From positions 1 to 64,000 of the forward strand of contig CDLV01000013.1 of assembly GCA_001244265.2 (NCBI GenBank): 64,000 nucleotides of DNA. The letters are read 5' to 3'. Below are positions 1 through 12,129 of the stretch, piece after piece. A program made the translations under genes and the position numbers. Position 1 is the first letter of the stretch, and each line of letters starts with the position of its first letter. Source of the stretch: Microbotryum violaceum (lineage: Eukaryota). The notes beneath the pieces are model-generated. The model did no database searches, had not been told where the DNA came from, and saw only the letters and a list, made by a program, of their open reading frames with translations.

Positions 1-28
1 CTGTACCCCACCTATGATACGTATATAC

Positions 29-917
29 CTAGGGTTCAGGTCGTCCGGCATGATGATGGCGGGATCACCCTCCTGCAGCGCCAATACCTTGTCGACGTGT
101 TGGCTCGTTTCGGCATGTCCGATTGCAATCCCTGCAAATCGCCAATGGAGGCCAACCTCCAGTTGTCGCCCGAGATCGACCCCGATGAAGCCGACAACTC
201 GACGTATCGTTCTATGATCGGCTCCCTCATGTACGCCGTTGTTGTCACCCGACCCGATCTTGCACACGCTGTGGGGTATCTCTCTCGGTTTGTTGGAAAA
301 GCGGGGGCAGCGCATCTCGAGGCCGTCAAACGCGTCCTTCGGTACAACAAAGGCTCGCTCGATCTGGGCATCCATTACATGGCTAACAACGAACCCTTGC
401 TGGGATACGAGGGGTATTCTGACTCGGACTGGGGATCCGACGTGAACACGTCGAGGTCAACGATGGGCTACTTGTTCAAACTGGCTGGTGGCGCGATATC
501 GTGGTCATCCCGTCTCCAACCCCGAGTGGCGTGTTCGTCTGCGGAAGCCGAGTATCTGGATCTTTCGCACGCTGCCAAGGAGGCAGTCTTCCTTCGCTCG
601 CTCCTCACCAAGCTCGCCTTGACACATCGTTGCCCCTTCGTCTGCTTGGAGACAATCAAGGCGCTATCGCGCTCACCCAGAACCCGGTCTTCCATGCTCG
701 CACCAAACACCTTCGCATGTTGGAGCACTTTGTTCGGGAGCACTTTGTTCGGGAGCACGTTCGAAATGGAGAGATCTCGGTCACCTACATCCCTACCCAT
801 GACATGGTGGCCGATATCTTCACCAAGCCGCTGCCTCGAGCGATTTTCCAGCGTCATTGCGACGCTATTGGCCTTCGGCGAATTTCAGGCCAAGAGCAAG
901 GGGGGTTGTTGAAGTAA
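29..917 (+). mobile_element. Ty1/copia retrotransposon 3' fragment (RT C-terminus + RNase H), 5'-truncated and frameshifted
   Basis: Copia motifs YRSMIGSLMY..TRPDL, YSDSDW, AISWSS, SSAEAEY, DNQGAIAL..NPVFHARTKH, MVADIFTK. Frameshift near 620; 15-nt tandem duplication (EHFVR x2); polypurine tract caagagcaaggggggg at ~891-905. Confidence 0.95.
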
Positions 918-1208
918 ATTACTCTTGCCTTAAATCCGCACTACGCGCGTCTCCACTTTATATTAGTCGCGCGCGCGATTCGCCTCTTTGTCTCCTCTTC
1001 TTCACTTGATTACGAACTCATTGGCTCGTCCCTGCCGCCAACTCGTTCAGGTATGTGAAGAACTCCTTTATTGCAATCTTCACTTGATTACGAACTCATT
1101 GGCTCGTCCCTGCCGCCAACTCGTTCAGGTATGTGAAGAACTCCTTTATTGCAATCTTCACTTGATTACGAACTCATTGGCTCGTCCCTGCCGCCAACTC
1201 GTTCAGCA
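907..1208 (+). repeat. Copia 3' LTR containing a 78-bp tandem array (~2.7 copies)
   Basis: Begins TGTTGAA just after the PPT and ends TTCAGCA (6/7 inverted match). 'cacttgattacgaactc' recurs at 1003, 1081 and 1159. Confidence 0.8.
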
Positions 1209-1229
1209 CATCGCCGTTCAGTTTCAATA

Positions 1230-1412
1230 CAATCGACCGTGCACCTCGATTTGACGGTTTTTGGCTTGTGCCGCCCTTCAGAGTCGAAAAAGTGGATTTC
1301 AGCAGTGCACGAGCAATCGACCGTGCACCTCGATTTGACGGTTTTGGCTTGTGCCGCCCTTCAGAGTCGAAAAAGTGGATTTTAGCAGTGCACGAGGGAT
1401 TGACCGTGCACT
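1230..1412. repeat. ~85-bp tandem direct repeat (2 copies plus the start of a third)
   Basis: aatcgaccgtgcacctcgatttgacgg...agcagtgcacgag at ~1231 and ~1316; gaccgtgcac again at ~1402. Confidence 0.9.
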
Positions 1413-1662
1413 GTCAATTTTCATTTTCACTGGGAATTTGGGGTTCTATTCCAAAACGTATCCCGGAATTGGCCTGTACCCCACCTATGATACGTATATA
1501 CTCTGATTTCTTCCAAAAAACGCGGGTGTCCGTGCTTGTATACCTTCAACACAATGATAACATAGTGCTACAACGAAAGGAGTGAACTGGGGATAAACGA
1601 ACGACGGGAAAAACTGAAGCCAGCCAACGAATGAAAAAGTTCCCTCCCCTCAAACGAACGAC

Positions 1663-3212
1663 CTACGCCAGCCCCAACAGGACCGTCATCCCTCCGACGA
1701 CGCAAGCCATCACACTCCCAACGCCTACCACGACCTTCGGAGCCCCATTAAGCGGTATCGAAACGACCGTGCCATCCGTATTCGGATTCGATGACGCCGA
1801 ACTCTGACTACTATTTCCCCCCGTCGTACTACTCGAGTTACCAATCTTGGTCGCCGTATACGACACCCCATTCAACTTGGCCGCATATTGGAATACGGAA
1901 CCGTTCCCAACATCATAATAATCGACGAGCGTAAAAGTAGGGTAATACTTGTACTGGCTGAAGCAGGACGACGCTTGGGCGCCGAGCGATCCGGTTCCCG
2001 TTGCGGCGTTGGTTTGGTTCAAGGATGATGTAGCGGGTACGGTGAAAGTTTCACCGAGGAGGGAGACATTGCGTCCTAGAAAGTGGTTCATCATGTACAT
2101 TTTGTCCGAGTAGGATCCGGTGACGCGGTCGACGGTGCAGGGGAATGACGTGCTCGTTTCCTTTTTGAGACAAAAAGCTTGCGCGATCGTCAGCAAAACC
2201 ATGTCACACGTAAAAGTCAGATCGTGTCGTTCGGCCGTCTACTCACATCGTACGGCGTCTCCCACACGTTGGTAAATTCGTCAATCAGATACGGCACAGC
2301 CTCAAAATCTGCGTTCTGAGCCAAGAAGCTGATCGCGCGTTTACCCGAATCGATCAACGACTTGTACGTCGGCCAATCGTTGTAGGCGATGGGGACAGAG
2401 CTAGGCGTGTACGAGTAGTCGTCCATGCCCGAAGCGGCGTAGGACGCGGCCCAAGTCGAAGGGGCGATCCCGTCCGAGTTGACGAGCACGAGCGTGAGGA
2501 CTTCGTTTGGGTTCGCGTCGAGCCAGGTCTTGACGAGGGTGAGGTACGAGGTGAGCGTGCCGGCGTCGAGGAGGAAGCACGAGGTGTGGCAGAGGTGCAG
2601 GGATCCGTTGTTCATGTGGCCTTGGACCTGTAGATGTGGTTTAGAGGTGAGCTCTGAGTATCGGTCTGTGCAGGTTGGCCCAACCGAACTAACCTGGAGT
2701 AAGCGAATGCCGTTGTTGAGCTGGGTCGTGACGGGGTAGTTTTGGTTGGCGGCGACTGTGAAAATCATAATACGTAGTGAGTACGGTGCTCTCGTTGGCG
2801 ATCACACCTAGGCGGTCACGTACCGTTCCCAGAAGAAACACCATACGAGTTGTGGGTGCCGATGATGGAGACGGTGGAGTAGGACCTCGAGCAGAACTCG
2901 GAGTGGCCGTTACATACGGAAGCAGCCAAGGTCGACCTGTATGGGTAGGGATGGCAACCGAGTCGCACATGTCAACGTACTTGTCGAGCGTGTCTCTTTG
3001 AAGCCCGAGATCGATCGAGGATGCTCAAGACGATGCTGAACGCGGCAACACACTCGGCACTCGCAGCTCGTCGTCGTCATCTCGTCGTCGTCATCTCGTC
3101 GTCATCGTCCGGCCAGTTGATTGACGCAAACCCAGACTCAACATGATCCTGTGAGCACTCACCTGACTAGTGCTGCCCATGTCACGAGACCGGCCCAGAG
3201 ATGGAAGTGCAT
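1663..3212 (-). CDS. Secreted, probably GPI-anchored PLC-like phosphodiesterase (multi-exon)
   Basis: Spliced N-terminus MHFHLWAGLVTWAALVRSTLAASVCNGHSEFCSRSYS..GTHNSY; QLNNGIRLLQ, HLCHTSC, WLDANPNEV, EFTNVWET, MMNHFL, VDYYD motifs; Ser/Gly-rich linker and hydrophobic C-terminus. Confidence 0.85.
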
Positions 3213-4120
3213 GGTCAAGTGAAGATTGCGAGGACGGCGGTGCTTAGCCGGATCGTTTGCGCCGGTTTGCGCCGGTTTGCGCCGGTTTGCGCCAAGCGTT
3301 ACTGCGAGGAGCGGAGCGTATTAGCGCGCGAGTCGAGTCGGCGTCAACAACAACTTGAACGCAGACCGAGCCGGGAAAAGAGCGCCTATTCTAGTAGCTC
3401 AAGTCGAACGTACAGGTGAAACAAAGTGGGAAATCAGGAAAGTAAACCGAGTCGGGTGCGTCGATGGCGAGTACGAAACTGAAGCGGTGCAAGCGCAGCA
3501 GCTAACCGTGGCGTGAGTCGATCCACCACAAAGACCGCTAGAGCTCGGCCCGAGGCGGCAGGAGGCGGCGCGCGCGCACAGACCACATCTGAGCTCGGCG
3601 ATCAGATCAGCCAGGCCGAGCTCAACTTTTTCTTGGTCGGTCAATGGTCTCGGGTAATTCAAGAAAAAGTAAATTCAATCATGGAGAGTCGGGTCAAGCT
3701 TGCCAGCACTCTAAATCGGTCCATCAGCTCGGTGTTGTCTTTCCTTGTTCTCCGAACGCCGAACTGAGGCCTAGGCTGCTCGCCAGGTCACGTGCCCGGC
3801 CCGCGTAAAGGCTCAAAATCTTACTACAAGTCCCTCCTCGGCCTCGCGCCAGGAGTATCACACAAACGGAAGAACCAAAGAGCTCCGAACGAAGATCACT
3901 CGTGTCTATACCCCACATCGCCGGTCGACTCGGCCAGCTGTTTTTAGCCTCGGCTCGGACGATCGATCCCGCATTCGATCGGCCAATCGCAATTCGGCAT
4001 TCGTTCCTCCGCAAGCTTCGCTCGCACTCCTTTCCTTTGCTCCTTCGCTCCTTCGCTCCCTCGCTTCTTCGCTCTTTCGTTTATCCCTCCCCCGCCTCCG
4101 CCTCGCCGCTCCTCCCAACG

Positions 4121-5455
4121 ATGACCTGGCAACCCTCGCCCGAAGAAGCTTGGTACTATACCCTCCCCTGCCCTTCGGACGACTACTCCCTCTCCGCGTG
4201 GATCTCGACCCTCCGTGGCCAAGATCGGTCATACGGCCGTTCGAGTCTCCCACGTGCGCCGTTCGAACAACGTTTGCGCGAGGAGTACACTACGAGGGAT
4301 GGCAAGATTTCCTTGGGCAAGGGTGGGATTGATAAGCAATGGGTGTGTTATCAGGTGTGGGATCCCAAGCAGGGGACGGGAAATGAGAAAGGTGAGCACG
4401 TGTCTTAAAGTGATCCGACTCGCTGCCCGAGACTGACGTACCAAGCATTACATCCCAGACCTCGTTTTGCTTCACGGTATCAATGACTATGGGGGCAAAT
4501 TTGCGATGCATGCGAAAAAGTTCCTCGATGAAGGGGTCAGTTCCACTTCTCTCGCCCGGCGCCACGAGCAAATTTTCCGAGCCTCGGCGGAGTGGACCAT
4601 TCAAGAGAGTTCCCACGCTGACCAACTCCTACCTCCTGATCAACATCGGCACAGTACCGCGTCATCGTCCCCGATATGCCTTCCCACGGCCGTTCCTCGG
4701 GTCTGCACTGCCACCTTCCCCACATAGAATTGCTCGCCGACGCCGTCTACCTCGTTCTCGCCGATGTCCTCCTGCACGACTCCAAATCCCTCACCCCTCC
4801 CAACCCCTCCACCTCGCAAACTTCTTCCTCAACCTTCACCCAATCGCGCAAACTCTTCATCGCCGGCCAATCCATGGGCGGCTACGCCGCAGTACTCACC
4901 TGTCTCAAATACGGTTCCTCCACCGTCTCTTCACTCTCCCCCCGTCCAACCGTACGCTACCACCCCAAAATCAGCGGTGGTCTCTTCCTATGCCCAATGC
5001 TCGAAATAATATCCACCTCCCGACCTTCCTACGCACTCGAATTAATCGCTCGAGCACTCGCTTCCATCGCCGGTCCATTACCTTTCGCCTCCGCTAACAA
5101 AGGCAAAAATTCAGAAGACCCCACTATCGAAATCGAATTCAATGCCGATCCTCAAACCTACCATGGTAAACTTCGTATCGCGACCGGCCTCTCAATCCTT
5201 AAAGGTATGACTCACCTTTCGACCCTCTTATCTTCGCTCGAAGTACCGTTCAAAATCTTTCACGGTACGAGCGATCGCGTGACGTGTCCTTCTGGATCGA
5301 AGAAATTGTTCGAGCAAGCGAATTCGAAGGACAAGGAACTGCAGTTGTACGAAGGGTATGAACATGTGTTATTGAGAAAGGGCAAGGACGAAAAGGACGA
5401 TGAGAAGAGGCAAAGAGTGTTGGGGGATATGCTCGAGTGGTTGGAGAGGCATTAA
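4121..5455 (+). CDS. Alpha/beta hydrolase, monoglyceride lipase/lysophospholipase-like (multi-exon)
   Basis: HGINDYGG oxyanion region, HGRSSGLH, nucleophile elbow GQSMGG, HGTSDRV, YEGYEHVL. Confidence 0.88.
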
Positions 5456-5812
5456 TTAACTACTGCGGAAAGAACTCTTTACGTGAGACTCCCAAGTCCC
5501 TTTGTCAAATAGTCTTTTGAATTTCTTAGATGAGTTTTGAGGTTATTTTAGATGTTTTTGTTCATAGATGATTCATGAAGTAAATAGCATTCGAAGCAAA
5601 CTTTTGATTCGATTCGATTTGTTGGAAAGGTCATAAAGAACATTGGCATGCCAAGAAAGAAAGGAAAAGGAAAAAGAGAAAAAAAAAAACCCCGCCGTTG
5701 GGGAAAAGCCAGAGCACAAACACACCGCATCAAAAGATCGTACCTCGATCGTACCTCGGTCGTCTGCGATCTCCAACACCACACACATACACCCCGCTTC
5801 CCGCCCTACTTT

Positions 5813-8800
5813 CTAAGCAAGCGCACCAATGATCAAATTCGCCGCCGGTTCCTTCTCTGCCCTCACCGCCAATTCCATCGTGACCCCATTCCCACTCTGA
5901 TACGTCATCCTGGCCCTAACCAAAACCCTCCCCCCTCCACCCGCCACAATCCCCGCCAATTGCAACGTATGCACACTCGTCGAACTCGGCACTTCAGTCC
6001 CTCCCAAAGGTTCAAGGTTAAACACTTCCACCAACGAATCACAAGCCGCCTTGAGCGAATCCAAAGCCGTCAAAGCAAAAGTCTCCGTCCTATTCGCCGC
6101 GGTCCTTAATCGATCCCATTCAGTCTGGAACGCCGCGTACGAAGGGATCAAATAATCGCCCGCGTCCAAGTCGACTTCCTCAATTTGGTACTCGTCATCG
6201 TAACCTTCGTCCTCGGGTTCGCCCGACTCGGGATCGAGTTCCTTTGAAACGAAGCGCAACGCGTTCGCGAAGGTGCCGATGGCGTATTCGTTCGGGTCCG
6301 ATCGGGTAAAGGAGACATAAACAACGCCGGACGAGGAAGGTGCCAACGAAGGAATGGGGATGATAAAGTCCTCGGTCAAAGCTGTTTCCGGTGTGGGCGT
6401 CATCAAGACGGATACGCGCTCCAAGACGACCGCATCGACCGTATTCCGAATATTGAACTGGAAAACGACATGTTCGGCAAAGAGGTGCTTGACGCAAGTG
6501 ACGACGTACTCGGTCTCTCGTTCGGTCAACTCCAGCGGCTTCGCAGTGCTCCTCAGAACCGGACCATAGCCCGTCAACTCGGGAATCTCGGCCAATTGAC
6601 TCGCGTACAGCGATTGCGATTCCGCTGCCGTCGCCGGTTGACCATTCGCACCACCATGCGCATCCCCACCATTCGACTCGATCCCCGCCGACCCAGTCGC
6701 GACGATCGAAAGCGCCTCGGACTGTGCCCGTAACGCGGCCTGCAACGACTGAGTTTTCGAAACCTTGGGGATCGTCGCCAGATCGAACGGTTCCGACGAC
6801 GCATCGGGGTCCGCAACGTATTTCTCTAATTTGGCCTCGAGCACCTCGAGGGAAAAGGTCGAGTCGTCGCGTACGAACGTGGTCGCGAGCGGGTCGTCTT
6901 TCATCAACTTGAGGTTGAACGCGGCGCGATCCCTCACCTCGTCATCAACGTCATCGAGGCACCTCGTCAACAACACCTCGACGCTCTTCTTGACCGAGGG
7001 GTCCGCGACGTTGACGCCAAACTTGGCGAGCGATGAAACAGCGGCAGCCCGCACGATCGCGTTTTCGAGAATGACGCGGTTGTAAATGTACCGAATGTAT
7101 TTACTCGGTTGCGGCGTCTTGGGGCCCTCGACACCAAGCAAATGCAAGATCCTGACCGATAGCTTGGTGAACTCGCAATCCTCAATGAACTCGCACAGTT
7201 GAGCCAGCGCGGCCTCCTTGCTATCGCTGATGAACTTGATCATATCAAAGATGGCCTCGACGACCGCGCGCTTAAACTCGTATCCTCCTTCATCACGCAA
7301 CACCCCCGAAAGGAAAGCCAACATTGTCGATTGCTTGGCCGGGAACTTGAGGCACAACGAACGGATCGCATTCACGACGATCACTTTGAACTCGTCCGAG
7401 ATCTCGGACATGAACGCCGAGATCTGCTTCATCAAACGATCGACCGAGGCCTCGTTACCGGTCTTGAGCAAGGTCGTGATCGCGAACGTTGCCACGCTAC
7501 GGTTTTCATCGTTGATCAGCTTCTCCATGTCGAGGTTGCATGTCTGCACCGCGCCGGGGTGGGTTTGCGCGAGTCGAGCGAGCGTGCGCATCGCCGCGAA
7601 TTTGAGCGTCGCTTTGGGAGAGGTCAAAAAGAGTTGCAGGACTGCGACACCAGAGTTGACGTCAGTATATATCCCAAGGCCCAGTGCCAGCGGTCTGATT
7701 CTATGCGACTCACCAGCAATAGGTCGGAAGAGATCGGCGGCGGTGACGTTCTGCATCTCGCAAATCGCGCGCGCGGCTTCGTAGTTGATCATGTCACTTT
7801 TATGTTTAAGGTAGCCGTCCAAGAGCTCGTACATTTGTCGGTGCACGCTGTGAGGTGGAGACAAGATCCCCACAATCAGCGTCCCCGAACGCTGCGAAGA
7901 AAGACGGCTCCGAGGGACGGATCGTAAGCGTTTATCCACTCACTTGGGGTCCTCCTCCATCACCTTGGCGGCGAAACGAATGAGCATGCAAATCGCATAT
8001 GGACTCCTAAGACTGCCGCCGCCGGAACCCTTGTTCGCCGAAAGCTGTTGAATCATCTTGATCGTCGCCATGCGGTCCCCCTGTCGAATGAGGTACAACA
8101 ACCCAAGCGCATGGTACTGCGTGATCGCCGACGCGCTCTGCACGGCCTGATAGCCCGCCTGTCCCGCTCCCCCGTACGCTCCACCCGAGTTCCCTTTGTT
8201 GTTGATGGCTTCTTGGGCCTCGTTGGCCCATCGTTTGACGACGTCGCGCGCGACGGAGTGGAGGTGGTACGCCGAGACGAGCGCGGCCGAGGCGATCGAC
8301 GAGTTGCGGTCGACGATCGCGGCTTTGAAGAAGCGCTCGACACCGACGATCATGGAGCCCTGTGTGCGTTGTTCCAAGACGCGAGACGCGAGGGGGAGGC
8401 ATCAGCACCGGTGCGGACAGATGAAATGGGAAGCGCGTGGCTCGTAGCGATGTGGACTTACGTCGATGATCCTGCACAGAGCCCTGATCGCGTTGGGTCG
8501 GTAGATGACCTCGAGGTTGGGTTGCATGTCCTTCATGATGGACGAGGTGACCATGATGACGTCCTCTGCGATGCCGGACAATTCCTTGATGACGAGGTAG
8601 ACCATTTGTCGGAGCGCGCTCTGTTGGGTGGTGGACCAGGAGGGAGACATAGAAAGTATCGTGGTCAGTAGAAGGGTACAGTACGGTATTGTCGCCCGAA
8701 TAGGTGCTCTCGCTCGCATCGACAGCATAGCATCCGCAGCGACTGATCACGCGTCGCCGAGCACGTCGACGGTGACCCCTGTTCGAACCCGATCCACCCG

Positions 8801-9284
8801 GCCCGACGCTCAACTCACGTCCTTGTGCTGAAACAACTTGGTGACGCCAAAGAACAAGGTCGTCGCCTCCTGGCTGCCAAAGGTCTCTCCGACATTGAGG
8901 AGGTAGACGATCTTGGTCAACAGGATACGGCACTTGCGCGGGGAGATGGGTGTCTCGTTGAAGACGCGCGCTTCTTGGATCACAGTCTGCAGGAGTGTGG
9001 GCGGGATGAGATGGGTGTCAGTTACGGTGTGCGGAGATTGGCGAGGAAGGGCGCGCTGATGGGGCGAGCTGACACGCGCGCTGACTGCCTGCCTCGTGGT
9101 CTGGGCTGGCACGGGCGGGGTGTGGATGGGTGTGACACGACGACAGCGGCTCACGATCGACCCCAGCCGCCCTACCACATCACCAGCCACGCCCTACGCG
9201 ACACCCTTCCAACGAACCACTCACCGTCTTGTCCTGGAAGAATTGGCTCACGCCACTCTCTTCATCCTTCTTGTACGCCGACAT
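5813..9284 (-). CDS. SEC21: Coatomer subunit gamma (COPI), multi-exon
   Basis: [11 protein letters not shown] start; [49 protein letters not shown] appendage motifs. Confidence 0.97.
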
Positions 9285-9800
9285 GGTATAGCCGCTTCCT
9301 TCTGCTGGGACGGGGTGAGGTGTCGTTCAAGCTCGTCCTGCCAAGTCGAGGTATACGACAAGCCGCGGGTCAAGGCCGTCCGTTCTAGCGTGTCGGACAA
9401 GGAGGCGAAACGGGGAGATGTCGAGCAAGTCGAACACTTGGATCAGGAACGAAGTGGGGAACGTGACGGTGATGAACAATCAAGCCGGTCGAGAAGGGAG
9501 GAGCCGTGGCTCCGGCGCGCGCGTGTCCGTTTCAAATCAAAAAAGGTTTGTATTGGCTGGTAAACATTTTTGAGGCTTCATTAGCTTTTTTCTGACTTCA
9601 CCGCCGAACGAGACCGAGTGTACATTCATCAAAGCGCGTGAGATGTTAACTACGCGCAAATTGTGTAATAAAACAATTTGTAATCGTACAAGTATCAAAC
9701 CTCGTTACACACGAGTCGTCAACAGCAGTGTCCAATAATGCGTCTCGATCGTTAGTCATCGTCGTCGTGAAAATTGAGCAAAGTCGTCCCTGCCTTCGCT

Positions 9801-11064
9801 TCATCTATACAAAACCCCCGCTCCACCAATCAACACCAACGCGATCGTCACCGGCAAAGCCATCACCAAAGGATGCGAAAGATGTTTGGTGATCATCGCG
9901 GCCGAGCAAGCGACGCATGTCCAACCTATGCGGACCAAAGTAGAGAACCAGTTCCATCAGCTCTAGCCTCTCGGTCATCTCCACCGCGATCATTTCATGC
10001 CACTGACCACTCGCAAGCGGCGTATAAGCCGCGGGTGAATACAACGCAAAATAAACGACCGATTGCGCGCCATTGAAGTAGCCTCCCGTCGCAGCGGCGT
10101 TGATCCCCCGTTCGTCATAGACGCGTAAAGTGTAGGAAGCTTGCGCAAAGGGGATCGCACCGGCTGATTGGGCGTAGCTAGTGTGGCAAGGGAGATAAAT
10201 GATATTAGTTTCGAGCTAAAATTCAGGTCGAGGTTAAGGGGTTGGATCAAGATGAGACTCACGCGTACGGATCCCAAACGAGCGAAGTCTGCGACGCCGG
10301 GATCCCCGTGGTCGGACCAACGGGATACGTGAACGAATTGGCCGTACACCTCGCTTCGAAAGTCAACGATGTTGGTGTGACACTAAGAAAAGGACATTAA
10401 AAATATTCGGGTGTCAGAAATTTACTCGTCTCGAGTCGGGTCCGGGTTGTTCCCGCAATGACCAGACTGACTAGAGCGACGTATAGGTCCAAGCGAAGGT
10501 GATGAGTTGGCCACTCGCGACCTTGTAGTACGACACTGCATCGGTCGCCGCAGGTTGGAGATACGACAGACCTCCAGCACTGTAATTCGTCAAGTGTGTT
10601 CAAGATCAGTATCCTCAGTAGAGACCGACCTCTCTCACGGCTCCTCGTCCCCGCTTGGTCCCCCTTTCTTCCTCATTGCGCTCGGAGTCCGTCCGTTCCG
10701 TTCGCCGAGAAACTCACGCCGCAGTCGCAGGAATCGAAACACTACTTGTGGTCGTCGTCGTCGTCGTCGTGGTGTTCATTACAGCCGTCGTCGTCGTGTT
10801 CAGCACAGCCGTAGTCGTCGCATTCGGCTGAGCCTGTCGTTTGTGGAAGCCCAAAACGTGAGGCGTTATTGTCGGCGAGGAAGAGGCTGAGGTGCTGGTC
10901 CCTTTCACCAAGAGTGGTGGTGGCAGTGCTACGTCGTGCCGTTGAACGTCGCCTCGATCGTAGATGAGCTGAGTGTCCACCGCACCTACGACCTCCCCAC
11001 TTGGTACTTTGTGTGCTGCAACACCTCCCAGCAAGTAGTAAAAGAGTAAGGTCGCCGTCCTCAT
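9801..11064 (-). CDS. Conserved-looking fungal surface protein: signal peptide, Thr-rich stalk, beta-rich domain, C-terminal TM/GPI segment (multi-exon)
   Basis: MRTATLLFYYLLGGVAA signal; poly-Thr; spliced exons read YYKVASGQLITFAWTYTSL, SLVWDP, LRVYDERG, FALYSPAAYTPL, GWTCVACSAA..VMALPVTIALVLIGGAGVLYR*. Confidence 0.7.
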
Positions 11065-12129
11065 CCTCCTTCGTGACTTCGAGATGTGGTGACGATCGTG
11101 TCGAATGAAAGAAGACGGTTCCCACTCGCGCGAGCGCGCGTCGGTCGTCCGGTCGTCGTCCTGCGAGCAGTGTCATGTCCAACTCGAACTCTAACGCGGA
11201 ACGCGGAACGCGGCGTCCGTTTCGCGGTACAGGCGCGCTCTGCAAAGTCGGGATTACAAAAACGCGCGCGACATCAGCAGTTGCTAATTCTGAATTGATT
11301 GAAAGGCGCGCGCCGCGGCACATGCCCAAGTCCAAGCTCAAGCTCAAGTCCAAGCTCACGCTCCGCTAGGCTCCGCTAAGCGTGCGACCAAGCTCGACCT
11401 TTAAGTTCGCTTCGGACTGTCACTGTCACTTGCTTTTTGGGACTCGGTCGATCCCTTCCGTTTTCGCCTCCAACGGTCGATCGTGATCATTTGTGTGCTT
11501 GGCGACCTGTTTCAGACATTGTTGGGCCACCCCCAAGTCGATCTCGTCACCGCCAGATCGAGTTGGGTCGTACATGCCCACACTCCCGGCCGCACACCAG
11601 CTCCTGACGACCGGACTACAGGCATATAGTACGACGAACCCTAACTCGTCGTCTGCCTGTCCCATTCCGACCGATTACTTACTCCGAGTCGACATCATCG
11701 CCGCTGATTCGTCCAGGCCAGGCCTGCCTCGACACGCCGAGGAGTCGAACGTGATCGGATCGAGGGAGCTCAACACGTTCAACGGCCGCCAACGCCTCAG
11801 CAGGCCCACGCCCGAGTGGATGTAAGCGCTCGATCGACCATCTCAGACACGAGATAACGTGCGTATGTGCTGCAAAAGCTTATCGCTGACATCTTGCTGC
11901 CCATCTACGTTCTCGATCGGGTCTTGCAGTCGATTTCAGTTTCACGGGTGCCGTCGCCAGCCAGATCGTCATCGCAGCTACGACGAGATCGTCATCGGGA
12001 GGAACGAGCAACACACGTGAACCGGCGCTGATCCAGGGCAGTGACCACAATTGGCCGAGATTCGCCCCTACTTCTAGACGATTGTCTCGTCAACAACTGT
12101 ATCCACTACAGCCCCCGACACTGTGAACG

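Noticed and set aside
999..1412. Tandem repeats as a CRISPR array
   Set aside because: Units are contiguous with no unique spacers; eukaryotic context; no cas genes.
3256..3293. tttgcgccgg x~4, plus nearby tcgtcgtcatc repeats at ~3068-3108
   Set aside because: Short slippage-type minisatellites with no further structure.
5813..9400. Numerous antisense ORFs over SEC21 and other genes
   Set aside because: Shadow frames expected from GC-rich codon usage.
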